Positions 1-12,500 of a stretch of 64,000 nt of DNA are shown piece after piece. The stretch spans positions 13,392,001 to 13,456,000 of the forward strand of contig CM075983.1 of assembly GCA_038087875.1 (NCBI GenBank). Reading direction: 5' to 3'. How positions within the stretch are numbered: the first letter of the stretch is position 1; each line of letters opens with the position of its first letter. The notes beneath the pieces are model-generated. The model had not been told where the DNA came from and did not search any database. It was given only the letters and a program-made list of their open reading frames with translations. The position numbers and the translations under genes were made by a program. Source of the DNA: Malacoraja senta (taxonomy: Eukaryota).

Positions 1-155
1 TAGGTTGATCGTGCTTGGGTTTGTATACTTGGTATAAGTGTAAACTGTCCCTAGTGTGTGTAGGCTATTGTTAATGTAGCGGGGATAGCTGGTCGGTGCG
101 GACACGGTGGGTCGAAGGGCCTGTATCTGTGCTGTATCTCTAAACTAAACTAAAC
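1..155 (+). mobile_element. HE1-like SINE, 3' part
   Basis: GGGTCGAAGGGCCTGT...CTCTAAACTAAACTAAAC tail. Confidence 0.8.
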
Positions 156-484
156 TTGACCAGCAGCAGCAGCTGGGCAGCAAGACCGTTAGACATAAAG
201 GTCTTCTCCCCATTCTTTACATTTAAGAATTAAAGATTCGTGGCCGTGAATAAGGCATTAGATATCAGCAGAAATAAGGTGAAGATGAGACATTTTTTAT
301 TATGACTTCCATTTGAATCACACTCCAACTGTGCCACTCCATGGTGGAATCATACCCCACGCAGAGCCATATGCCAGTTGTGCTAGAATCCTGCAGAACC
401 ATAGTAAAATGAACCCATACTTCAACAGTTTTATGCTTTGTTAGTAGCACAACTTTGTGGAATAATACTCCAGCAAACCGTATC

Positions 485-578
485 CCAGAAACCCCATGCC
501 TCATTCATATGACCCCAGCAGAGCTGTATACCAGAAACCCCATGCCTCATTCATATGACCCCAGCAGAGCTGTATACC
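485..578. repeat. 46-bp minisatellite, 2 units
   Basis: CCAGAAACCCCATGCCTCATTCATATGACCCCAGCAGAGCTGTATA starting at 485 and 531. Confidence 0.9.
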
Positions 579-755
579 AATAGCAATAAACTGCTACGCC
601 ACCAACTGCAAATTGACCCTTGTCTGTGTAGAACTTTACCTGGTAGTACTCTTTCCTACTAGACCTATGTTGTGGAACCTTACATGCATGGTTCCATCTC
701 ACCAATAGCACCATATTCCATCTGCTTTTGGGGAGAACAAGAAATGTAGACCAGG

Positions 756-1175
756 TTTTTTTAAAATTTCAAAATATACTTTATTTGAGAAATAAATATA
801 TACAATACATGATCCTTACAAAACTCCATCCGACATTCTCGGAGGCTATACATACATACAATACAGTTTCCCCAAATCACAATTTTATCTCCCACCCTTG
901 CCACTCATGTGGCCCACTGGCGTGGAATCCCTTCCCTTATTTTGAGCGGCATCTCCACCACACCCTGCCCCCCAATGTCCAGCAGCGGAAGGACCCTAGA
1001 CTGTGGTCCTCCCCCACAGAGCCTTGGCGTTGGCTGCACCGAGCTTCAGTGCGTTCCTCAGCACGTACTCCTGCAGTCTGCAGCGGGCCAGTCGGCAACA
1101 TTCCCCGACGGACATTCCCCATTCCCCGACTGGGTGGTCAACAACGCTCGGGCAGACCAAAGAGCATGTTGATGA
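756..1175 (-). mobile_element. Tx1/L1-clade LINE 3' fragment
   Basis: Minus frame reads ...MSVGECCRLARCRLQEYVLRNALKLGAANAKALWGRTTV*, typical of a Tx1-like ORF2 C-terminus. It is followed by a 3'UTR and an A-rich tail. Confidence 0.7.
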
Positions 1176-1309
1176 CCTTCCAGCAGCACTCGATGTCAGT
1201 CTCTGTGGTACAGCAATGGAAGTGCTTAATTTAATCTTATACCTGTGGCTGGGTGGCAGAAGTGAGCCAAGGTCCCTAGTCCTTTTCAACTCTTGAGACA
1301 TGATGAGAT

Positions 1310-1469
1310 TTTTATATAGTGTTGTATTATAGTGTTAGTAGTTTAATTGTGTAATATTATATAGTGCAGTATTATATAGGGTTAGTAATTTCTGTGTGGT
1401 ATTATATAGTGTGGTATTATACAGTGTTGGTAGTTTTTTGTGTAGCATTACACAGTGTAGTATTATATA
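1310..1469. repeat. AT-rich degenerate (GTGTAGTATTATATA)-like repeat hosting the Tc1
   Basis: Repeated TAGTATTATATAGTG motifs continue at 3088..3140 and are uninterrupted at 61445..61655. Confidence 0.7.
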
Positions 1470-3087
1470 CAGTGGCTTGCAAAAGTATTCATACCCCTTG
1501 AACTTTTCCACATTTTGTCACGTTACAACCACAAACGTAAATGTATTTTATTGGGATTTTATGTGATAGACCAACACAAAGTGGCGCATAATTGTGAAGT
1601 GGAAGGAAAATGATACATGGTTTTCACATTTTTTTACAAATAAAAAACTGAAAAGTGTCGCGTGCAAAAGTATTCAGCCCCCTTTACTCTGATACCCCTA
1701 AATAAAATCCAGTGCAACCAATTGCCTTCAGAAGTCACCTAATTAGTAAATAGAGTCCACTTGTGTGTAATCTAATCTCAGTATAAATACAGCTGTTCTG
1801 TGAAGACCTCAGAGGTTTGTTAGAGAACATTAGTGAACAAACAGCATCATGAAGCCCAGGGAACACACCAGACAGGTCAGGGATAAAGTCGTGGAGAAGT
1901 TTAAAGCGGGGTTAGGTTATAAAAAAAAATTCCCAAGCTTTGAACATCTCACGGAGCACTGTTCAATCCATCATCCGAAAATGGAAAGAGTATGGCACAA
2001 CTGCAAACCTACCAAGACATGGCCGTCCACCTAAACTGACAGGCCGGGCAAGGAGAGCATTGATCAGAGAAGCAGCCAAGAGGCCCATGGTAACTCTGGA
2101 GGAGCTGCAGAGATCCACAGCTCAGGTGGAAGAATCTGCCCACAGGACAACTATTAGTCGTGCACTCCACAAATCGGGCCTTTATGGAAGAGTGGCAAGA
2201 AGAAAGCCATTGTTGAAAAAAAGCCATAAGAAGTCCCGTTTGCAGTTTGCCGCAAGCCATGTGGGGGACACAGCAAACATGTGGAGGAAGGTGCTCTGGT
2301 CAGATGAGACCAAAATTGACGTTTTTGGCCTAAATGCAAAATGATATGCGTGGCGGAAACCTAACACTGCACATCACCCTGAACACACCATCCCCACTGT
2401 GAAACATGGTGGTGGCAGCATCATGCTGTGGGAATGCTTTTCTTCAGCAGGGACAGGGAAGCTGGTCAGAGTTGATGGGAAGATGGATGGAGCCAAATAC
2501 AGGGCAATCTTGGAAGAAAACCTGTTAGAGTCTGCAAAAGGCTTGAGATTGGGGCGGTGGTTCACCTTCCAGCAGGACAACGACCCTAAACATACAGCCA
2601 GAGCTACAATGGAATGGTTTAGATCAAAGCATATTCATGTGTTAGAATGGCCCAGTCAAAGTCCAGACCTAAATCCAATTGAGAATCTCTGGCAAGACTT
2701 GAAAATTGCTGTTCACAGATGCTCTCCATCCAATCTGACTGAGCTTGAGCTATTTTGCAAAGAAGAATGGGCAAAAATTTCAGTCTCTAGATGTGCAAAG
2801 CTGGTAGAGACATACCCCAAAAGACTTGCAGCTGTAATTGCAGTGAAAGGTGGTTCTACAAAGTATTGACTCAGGGGGGCTGAATACTTTTGCACGCGAC
2901 ACTTTTCAGTTTTTTATTTGTAAAAAAATTTGAAAACCATGTATCATTTTCCTTCCACTTCACAATTATGCATCACTTTGTGTTGGTCTATTACATAAAA
3001 TCCCAATAAAATACATTTACGTTTGTGGTTGTAACGTGACAAAATGTGGAAAATTTCAAGGGGTATGAATACTTTTGCAAGCCACTG
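1470..3087 (+). mobile_element. Full-length Tc1 DNA transposon (DD34E, IR/DR type), 1618 bp, transposase disrupted
   Basis: TA TSDs at 1468-1469 and 3088-3089. TIRs of ~214 bp (1470..~1683, ~2873..3087), each carrying GCAAAAGTATTCA twice. Transposase 1849..2869 has SDETK, QDND and NPIE (34 aa D-E spacing), a +1 frameshift in the A-run at 1921..1929 and an in-frame TGA at 2342..2344. Confidence 0.96.
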
Positions 3088-3189
3088 TAGTGTAAGTAGT
3101 TTTTTTAATGTAATTGAGTAGTGTAGTATTATATAGTGTTACAATTGAGGCCTTAAGCATCTTCCAATTGCAGCAAAACCTCCCTATGT

Positions 3190-3491
3190 TTTAACTCCCG
3201 CCCCATTGATATACCAACAGTTTCAACTGGTATATTAATGAAAGTAGATAAAATTGGAAAAGGGACAAGTGTTTCATTGAAACTGAGACTCGGCCGTGAC
3301 TACAAGTTTACAGTTAGTGAAAAGACTTGCATCCACACCCCGGAAAATGAAACGTGTATTTGTCATGGAGATCGAGGAATGATAAATGACTGCACCTGCC
3401 TTCCTTGCTCAGACGTCTGCAGAACCGATTGGGAACTCGAGCAACAGGAGACGTTCAAATCCACATATTTCATTGTTGCATTAACACAAAG
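3190..3491 (+). promoter_or_regulatory. Putative VSIG1 proximal promoter/5'UTR
   Basis: Unique sequence directly upstream of the ATG. Contains a GC box CCCGCCCC (3197..3204) and WGATAR motifs at 3246..3251 and 3380..3385. TSS not determinable. Confidence 0.45.
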
Positions 3492-3540
3492 ATGTCAACA
3501 CTCAAATTGCAATTGTTGGTGACTCTAATCACATTTTCAG
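3492..3540 (+). CDS. VSIG1: VSIG1 exon 1 (signal peptide MSTLKLQLLVTLITFS-G), 49 nt
   Basis: ATG at 3492, hydrophobic peptide, donor CAG|GTATGT. The phase-1 end joins exon 2 in frame. Confidence 0.85.
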
Positions 3541-6500
3541 GTATGTACGCTCAATTGGTTTATTTCTGGTTTTGACCTGGATTATGGAGAGGATAAAATC
3601 GGAATACTTGCATTTGACAAGTTATATCTGTGGCTGCTTGGTTTTCTCATTATGTAGGAAGATACTTCTTTTGGTAGTGAGTATCACTGTGTGGCAATGC
3701 CACATCCCTCAACGAGTGCAGTCAAATCTCTGTATCAGGCTGTATAGTTTTCGTATTTCTTAATCTTGTACGATTTACTTCTGTGTCCTCAAGACAACCA
3801 GCAATAATCAATAATTAAGATGACAATCTAGAATTAAATCATCAGAAATGGCAAATGCCTACCAGTTCTTCTTCAAATTATTTTACCATTGGTGCCATGG
3901 GTCCAATTCCTCTTGATAACTTTCAAGTTACATTGATATAGTCCTGTACACAAGGACAAAGAGAGAAAATGGCCGTTCACATTAACAGAGAGAGCTCAGC
4001 TCTAGTTTTTTGTGAAGACCGCCAATTTGCTTTTCCCATTTAGTGATCATGCTGTTCCCACACCATCTCTGGGATACCTCGAACACAATTCTGGTGTTTG
4101 GATAGCAACTTTGGAGATGATGTATAATTTGAATCAATGTCGAACATAAAGCAAACTGATGTGTGCTCCTAATACCTTTGCAAATATTACCAAATGCTTT
4201 CATTCAGCTTTGCTAATTTCTTCCATAATTAGCCTTCCCTTAAAATATTCAATGAAGGGAAAGGATTTTTTTTTAGTTTGAAAACTAATGTTAAAAGTAG
4301 ACTAGCAACTAAACACATTTTAGGATTCCATTTGCAGTAGAAGGGTGTCTTATTTAAACAAAATTAATTTGCAAAATTCTTTTTAAACTATTTGTGTTTT
4401 AAATTTGATGACTATTATTTTTTTCTGTTTGCTCTAAATGATTTTATTTATAATCTATATTTTTATAATTTGCTATACATTGACAAAACAACATGAATTT
4501 TCCTCAGAAAAACAAAAGTTGTCCCGATTTACAGTGAACATACCTATTACCTTACTCTCCATTTTAAATTTAGTTTATTTTCCTCTTATTTTTTGGGAGG
4601 CTATGAACAAATTTGCTTAACGCGTAAGACTGCATTAACAGTGTCCAGAGCCATTTCCAGGCCAGATTGAGGATAGGACCATTATGTTCTTTCATTTTGT
4701 TTAAGGAAAAGTCTGTTTTCTAGTTACTGCCCATCTCTTTCGAGGTCTGGCCAAACAGAGGTAATTACAATGTAGGGAAATCACAGGAGTTGTTGTATGA
4801 AGAAATTAGTATAAACCTCCAACCAGAGATGGGACAGTAGAGTATTAATTGTGAAAAAATAACTGCCACTTTTTCCCCCATGAATTAATTAGCTTGTTCC
4901 AGCTGGTATTTTAGAATTTAATACTTATTGAGAAATTGAAATGAAAGACCAATCCCCATGACTGCAGGTTTGAAGATAATGGGGAGAAATAACCAGTGAT
5001 TTGATGAGATTTTATCTTTTTCTATTAACTTATCAGAATGTGGGTGCAGCTACCTAGACCAGCTTTCATTAATTGTCCTGAGAAAATGTTATTGAATCAT
5101 TCTTGAATTGGGCCAATCAGTATGGTTATGGTAAAAAAAACACCACACAAAGTGCTGGAATAACTCAAAGGGTTAGAACATGGATCAGTGATCAGGACCT
5201 TTCTCAGACTAATTGCGGTGGGGGGAGGAGGGTGGGTGGGGGAAGAAAGCTTGAACAGAGGAGGGGAAGGAAAAAACCTAGTGAGTCATAGGTGGATACC
5301 ATTGAGAGGCACTCTTGATAAGCTGATGGTTGGACATAGGCCAGAGATGAAAAGACAAAAGGTGTGAAATAAGGATGGTAGACGTGTGAATCGTGAAGCC
5401 AGAGGAAGGAATAGAGGTGGAAGGTGAGCGGGAAGGGGAGAAAGGTGCGAGTGCATGCTGGGCCCATGAAGGAGAGGGGGGTAATGATATTTTTGAGAAG
5501 TTTTTAGTACTACAGGCAGATTGTTAGATGACCCTTTAGTCTTCCTCATCAATTTCTTGCTACCCTGTGGAGTATGTTGATCACTTGAAGAATGGTTTCT
5601 GTGAATGGGGGAAGCTGAGGAGAAGCCTAGGACAGATCATAAGAAACTAAACAGCATTGGATAAATGGAGTGTATAATCGGCAACAGGGAGTCATGAAGG
5701 AAATGGTCCCTGTGAACTGCTGGAAGAGGAGGAGAGGAGAAGATATGTCTGGTAGTGCATCTCTTAGAAGGTAATAGACATTGCAAAGAGTGACCTGTTG
5801 AATATGGTGGTTGGTGGGTGGAAGGTGAGAACCAAGGGAATTATATCCTTCCTCAGTCCTGGAGGAGAAGGTGAAAATGGATGACATGCCCAGTCTGGGC
5901 ATTGCTTCCTTATAGCATTATACAGCATGAAAACAGGCCTTTAGCCCAACTCAACCAAGATGTCTATCTGAGCTAGTCCCAAATGTCTGCATTTGGCCCA
6001 TATCCCTCTAAAACGTTTCTATCCATGTACCTGTCCAAATATCTCTTAAACATTTATCATTGTATCTGTCTCTATGCCTTCCTCTGGCGGCTGGTTCCAT
6101 ATATCCACCAGCCTCTTGTGTGAGCAAGTTGCCCCCTCAGATCTCTTTTAAATCTTTCCCCTCTCAATTAAATCTATGGCCTTATTGAGTGTTATTATTA
6201 TTGGAAGTGGTTTATTATTGTCACATGTACCGAGATACAGTGATACAGATTCAGTATAGTCATCATACCTGATTATAATCAAAATGATACATGAGTACAA
6301 CAGGTAGTGTCAAAAGAGAAAGGAAAGGAGTGCAGACTATAGTGTTACAGCTACAGAGGGAGTGATCCTCTACCCTGGGAATAAAAAACTATGACCACCC
6401 ACCTTACTAACATCCATGTATACCACATCCACCCAACTACCTTCATCAATCTTCTTTGTCATCGCCACAAAAAAACTCAATCAAGCTAGTGAGACACAAC

Positions 6501-9500
6501 CTGTCATGTGCAAAGCCGTGCTGGCTATCCCTAATTGGTGCATTCTCTTCCAAATGGGAGTAAATCCTATCTTGAAGAATTCTCTCCAATAGTTTCCCCA
6601 CCACTGACGAGAGGATCACTGGCCTATAGTTCCCTGGATTTTCTCTACTTCCTTTCTTAAACAAAGAAACAACATTGGCCGCTCTCCAGTGCTCACGGAC
6701 CTCGCCTGTGGCTAGACAAGAAACAAAGATCCTCATCAAGGCCCCTGAAAACTCCTTTCTTGCCTCCCTCAAGAATCTGGGATAGATCCTATCAGGTCCT
6801 GGGGACTTATCCACCTTAATGTTCTTCAAGAGACTCAGCACCACCTCCTTCTCAATCTCAAACTGCCCTTCATTATTTATTCTCCACACTTATCTTGCTC
6901 TCCTCCACATCCTCTCCTTGGTGAATACAAATGCAAAATACTCGTTCAGTACCTCACCTGCAACCTCCGACTCAAACCATAGATTCCCTCCTTTATCTTT
7001 GAGTGGCCCTACCTTCTCCCTGGTCACCCTCTTATTTTCTAAATAAAATCATCATAGTAAACATAAGCACAATTGTACATAAGTACAAGAGCGCAACAAT
7101 TATAGCATAAAATTGTAGATTTATTCTGAGGCAATACACCAAGAGTCACCACGTTTCCGGTGCCATCTTGTACCTTTCAAAATCAGGTTCTTAAAGATAT
7201 TGAGTCTTATCTTGGCCTTAAAGGCCCGTTGTCCTGGTGATGGCACTGGTTAAATGATGTAGGGTTGGCCTGGCCTGGCGATACTGTCCACGCCCCTCTT
7301 TGCTGCTCCGTAGATATGCTACTGTGTTAATTGGAATAAAACGTAAGGAACTACACTAAACCTGTTTATCCTCAGGATGTGTGCGTGCGGTTCAGGTGAC
7401 AGTGAAGGACGGCCAACTGAATGGGACGGAAGGAGGGAGCGTGACCTTGCTGTGCACCTACACAACTTCAGACAGTGACTCGTCTAATCTGAACGTCCAA
7501 TGGTCTTTCGTGCCAAGCCACTCCAAATCACATACGCAGGTAAATGTGAGTATGGGAGGTGACAATCTTGGTCTTGCTATGTGTGTAAGCAGAGTAGCGC
7601 AGGAGCTGGTGAGCTCGGCTCTCGATTCTCCTCGGTGATCCAGGACCAGGGTCGGGCCACAATACGTGCATGTCAACACCATTGACCAAGGATGTATTTG
7701 CCACATCGTGACTATCCATGAGGATGAAAAGGAGGGGAGGGAGAGGCTTGGTAGAAAGGTCCCACTCCCACCACCACCACCTCAGTAATGCTGGCAAACT
7801 GATAGATAGGGAAATGCAGAAACATTCAATAACTAGTATACGTCTTTACAGAACATGAGATAGAAAACTTCCTGGGAATGGTTGTCACATGTACCTAGCT
7901 ACAGTGAAATAATTTGCATACAATTCAGTGACAATACAACTATACATTAGACACAATCATACTAAGAGTGTAAGATAGTAGACCACACTGAAACAGTACT
8001 CAAGAGTCACCACGTTTCAGGTGCCACCTTGTACCCTTCAAGTCCAAATTTCTGTAAAGGTTTTAGAGTCTTAGTTTGGCCATAGAGGCCCGTTGTCTTG
8101 GCAGAAGTAACATGTAGGAGTGGAGGATCAATGGGGGAGGATAGCAGCTCTGACATGCTAATAAACATGTATTCATAAAATATTAGTGTTGGATTAGCCT
8201 TGTTTATGGAACAGCCACACTGATAAGGTACGGGTAGTCAGGACCACAGGTCTGAGACCTCAGTGGTTTTAGCCACAGTTGCTACATTCCAGTATACGGA
8301 CCAGTTACAGCATTTAGGAGAAAAAGCACAGAAATATTCCTTTGCACGAAGGATCTGGGAAGACTGAAATTCTCTCCATAAAATTGCTGGATCAAATTAT
8401 ATTAAAAAAATTAAGAGCGACTAGTTTTTGGCAGTTTGATGAAGTTTGTGGATTTAAAATAGACAGAGTGTAAACACACTTCAGCTATTACTTGATAGAA
8501 TAGCAGATTTGGCTAGAGGGGTGAGTGATCTATGATCTACCAGTTCTATGGTCCCATGTGATGACAATTGCGTCCTACTTTTTCATGTGAATATTCCCAA
8601 ACAGTAATGTTTTACATACAATATTTTGATCAGGGTTAAGTGAGAACACAGAGTGTAAACGGGTATGGATGAGAGACAATGGACCCAAGAGTGGGATATT
8701 GGGATAATGAATGATTGCAATTAGTCTGGTGGGGTTGGGAATGTCAAGAGGTGAAGAAATGTTCACTCATGAATGATAATCATTCAAAAGGTTTAGGCTT
8801 ATTATTGTCACATGAACTGAGGTACAATGAAAATGTTGTTTTGCACAGATGTGCCATTCATAGATACAATCAGTTCAAACTCTGATGGAGTGGATGTGGA
8901 GGAGGTTTCCACTAGTGGGAGAGTTTAGGAACAGAGGTCTTAGCCTCAGAATTAAAGAACATTCCTTGAATTTCTTTGGACAGAGAGTGGTGAATCTGTG
9001 GAATTAATTGCCACGGAAGGCTGTGGAGGCCAAGTCAATGGATATTTTTAAGGCAGAGATCGATAGATTCTTGATTAGTACAGGTGTCAGAATGTATGGG
9101 GAAAAGGCAGGAGAATGGGGTTAAGAGGGAAAGATAGAGTAGCGGAGTAGAATTGATGGGCCAAATGGCCTAATTCTGTCCTATCACTTACCAACTTATG
9201 AAACTCAAGCACAATGCATAGGGCAATGGGAAAGATACAGAGTGCAGAATATAGTTATCATCATCGTAGTGCATTGTAGCACATCAGTTCATTAGACTGG
9301 TGCTAGGTATGTAGGACTTGAACCACCCAATCTTCTATCCACCTCACACTTGGTAGCTGGCTTGAGAACAGAGCTGGTTGTACAGAATGGACATTGTAGA
9401 GGGAAAATTACACGGGGACTTTCCACAGTTCTACCCTCCTTCCATATAGGCTACATTTCCCAGCTTTAGCAAGCTACTTTAATATTCTATTGACTGTGTT

Positions 9501-12500
9501 TCCCAAAATATTTTAATAAAGGCCCAGTTTTAATATTGTGCCCCCTTATTCTACCCTTCCCTTACCTGATTAAAAAGCCTCTACATACTTACCTTGTTGA
9601 AATCTTTTAAAAAAAAATTGGATTATGCTTAAATTGGAGTTTGCAACAAAAGTGTAGTTTTCATTTTAAGATTAGTTTAGTTTAGAGATACAGCGCGGAA
9701 ACAGGCCCTTCGGCCCACCGACTCCGCACCGGCCAGCAATCCCCGCACATTAACACTACCCTACATACACTAGGGACAGTTTTTACATTTATACCAAGCC
9801 AATTAACCTACAAACTTGTATGTCTTTAGAGTGTAGGAGGAAACAGAAGATCTCTGAGAAAATTCACGCAGGTCCCAGGGAGAACGTACAGACAAGCACC
9901 CGTAGTCAGGATCGAACCTGGGTCTCTGTCACTGTAAGGCAGTAGTTCTACCACTACGCCATCGTGCCGCCCCAATAGAGAAATAAACCACAGAGTCCCT
10001 TTTGCCCACCGAGTTCCGCCCTAATCCCATTCACACTAATCCTACATTAATGACATTTTATTAGTTAGAATTGTACCCAGGACTCTGGCATTGTGAGTGC
10101 ACCTCAAAATGATGTGTGTCAGAAGTGGGATTTGAACCCACGCCTCCAGTTGGAGACCAGAACACCCGCTTGACTGCAGAGTGACTTTATTCCTTGAGTC
10201 TGGCGCCTTAGACCACTCGGCCATCCTGACATTTATTTACACATTTTCAACCCTGGTATCGATCTGATCAATATTTAGATAGCGTGCACTAAATCAAACA
10301 CATTGATGAGACCCGTGGGGTTAGATCATGGTTCTCTATAATGGAACATCGCATCCGCATTTTTGATTTCCAGTTTCCTGCAAAGTCAGCATCAAAGATA
10401 CTAGACTTTTTGCACACACTTTGCACTTGTGGACTAGCTTTAAGATTTTATGTTGTAGGTTCAATTGGCTAAACCCCTTTACTTCCACACAGCTTTAAAG
10501 CAGAACACCGTTTACCTGTTGGTTCCAAACAGGTACAAATCATATTTCTGCACATTAATTTCATCTTCAATAGTTCTATGTAGCCAAGATAGACACAACA
10601 TGTTGGAGTAACTCAGCGGGACAGACAGCATCTCTGGAGATGCCCGTCCCGCTGAGTTACTCCAGCATTTTGTGTTTATTTTCGATTTAAGGCAGCATCT
10701 GCAGTTCCTCCCTACACGTTCTATGTATCCACTTGATCAAAAAAAAGCACAGGCACTGGAAATCAGAAGTAAAAAGAGCAAATGCTGGAAATGTTCATTT
10801 GTTCAGCAGTATCTGAAACGAAGAATTTAATTGTTACGTTGCCGGTACATGTGTTAATTAAACTCTCTTGGCACTTGAAAGAAAAACAGAGTTAAAGTTT
10901 AAGTTTTAAACAACTCCACTGGTAGCCCGTCTTCTTTGTTCCTTTCTCTCTTTGCTTCTTCGCATCTACACTATGTCACTTTCTACATTGTCTCCTAAAA
11001 TAACCTCCAATTTCAGGCAATTTCAGTTCCATAGACAAAGTCCACAGTCAGCAATGAGATAGAAGTGAGTTGGACAGTACTCCCCCTAGCCGATGGAAGG
11101 GCTATTTAGAAAACATGAAAAGAATCAAATCTGGAAGATACGTTTATCTTAAGATCGATTATTCACACTTGAGCCATTGTTTCACTTCAAAGCATTCTGC
11201 ATAGTACAGATTAGTTCAGGGAAGAATTATGCGAATTGCAGATTACAAGGTCAATTGAAAGATATTGATAAAGAAAAGTATTAGTTTCCCATGGCCGCAC
11301 CCTGCCACTCCCCTTCTCTCTTACTTAACCAGCTCTTTAATCGGTTTGAAGGAAGGTGGACAGGAAGAATTAAAATGCTACAAAAACAATGCATTGATTT
11401 GGTGAAGTAAACATTTGCAGTTCCTAAAGCGTCTTTTTTCATGTATACTATTTCATGTTAAGATGCCTTTTAGGTTAGAAACTAACTGCTGGAGGAACTC
11501 TGTCGGTCAGAGAGCATCTAGGGATGTATTGCCATGGACCCTTCTGTGAGAAGACCCAATACGTTGTTTGTCCTTTTCCCTCCACAGATGCTCTCTTCCC
11601 CTTATGTTCCTCACTCTGGCTTTGCATTTCACTCCTCTCTTCCCTCCTTATCTGACACCCTGCTGAGATCCGTCAGCAGCTTGTTGCTTGCTCAAGATTC
11701 CACCAACTGCAGTTTGAAGAAGGGTCACCTGTTCCTTTTCATGAACCTAGAGGTGTCAAAAGCAGATGCAAGAGATTGCATAGGAAGGAACTGCAGATGC
11801 TGGGGTCACCTGTTCCTTTTCTCCAGAGATGCTGCCTGACCGGCTGAGTTACTCCAGCATTTGGTGTGTATCTTTGGTTTAAACCAGCTTCTGCAGTTCC
11901 TTCCTATGCAATCTCTTGCATCTGCTTTTGACACCTCTAGGTTCATGAAATAAATATGTTTTTATTCTGAGAACGTATTGACAGTAGGTTAATTGGGCTT
12001 TAGTCTTTAATCAGACTTTACTGGAATTTATCTTGCACTATATGTTACTCCCATTATCCTGTATTCGTACACTATGGATGGCTTGATTGAAATCATGTAT
12101 AGTCGATCCACTGATTGGATAGCACGCAACAAAAAGCTTTTCAGTACCTTGGTACACATGACAATAAACTAAACTAAAAACAATGCCGGTGGATCGCTAA
12201 AGCCAGAGATGCTGAAGGTTAATTATTCATTCACAGCTTGTGTTCACTGGTCATTTACTGGATACAAAGGAGGTGCATTAAGGTGATTATAATTGGCTCC
12301 AAATTATTCAATGCATCCAGGAGGGGTCAAGAGAAAATATTACCAAGTGAGCGAGATCAGAAGTAAAAACAGCTTAATTGTTGAGTTAGGGTTAGCTTAT
12401 TGTCACGCGTACCGAGGTACAGTGAAAAGCTTTTGTTGTGTGCTAACCAGTCAGTGGAAAGACAATACATGATTACAATCGAGCCATCCACAGTGTACAG

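Noticed and set aside
728-1296. 168-aa and 97-aa + strand ORFs (and 60802..61431)
   Set aside because: They are antisense to a Tx1-like LINE end, and the frames are not conserved between the two copies.
3238-3522. 94-aa Cys-rich ORF identical in both copies
   Set aside because: It overlaps the VSIG1 promoter and exon 1 out of frame. Identity reflects the recent duplication, not selection, and no family is recognisable.
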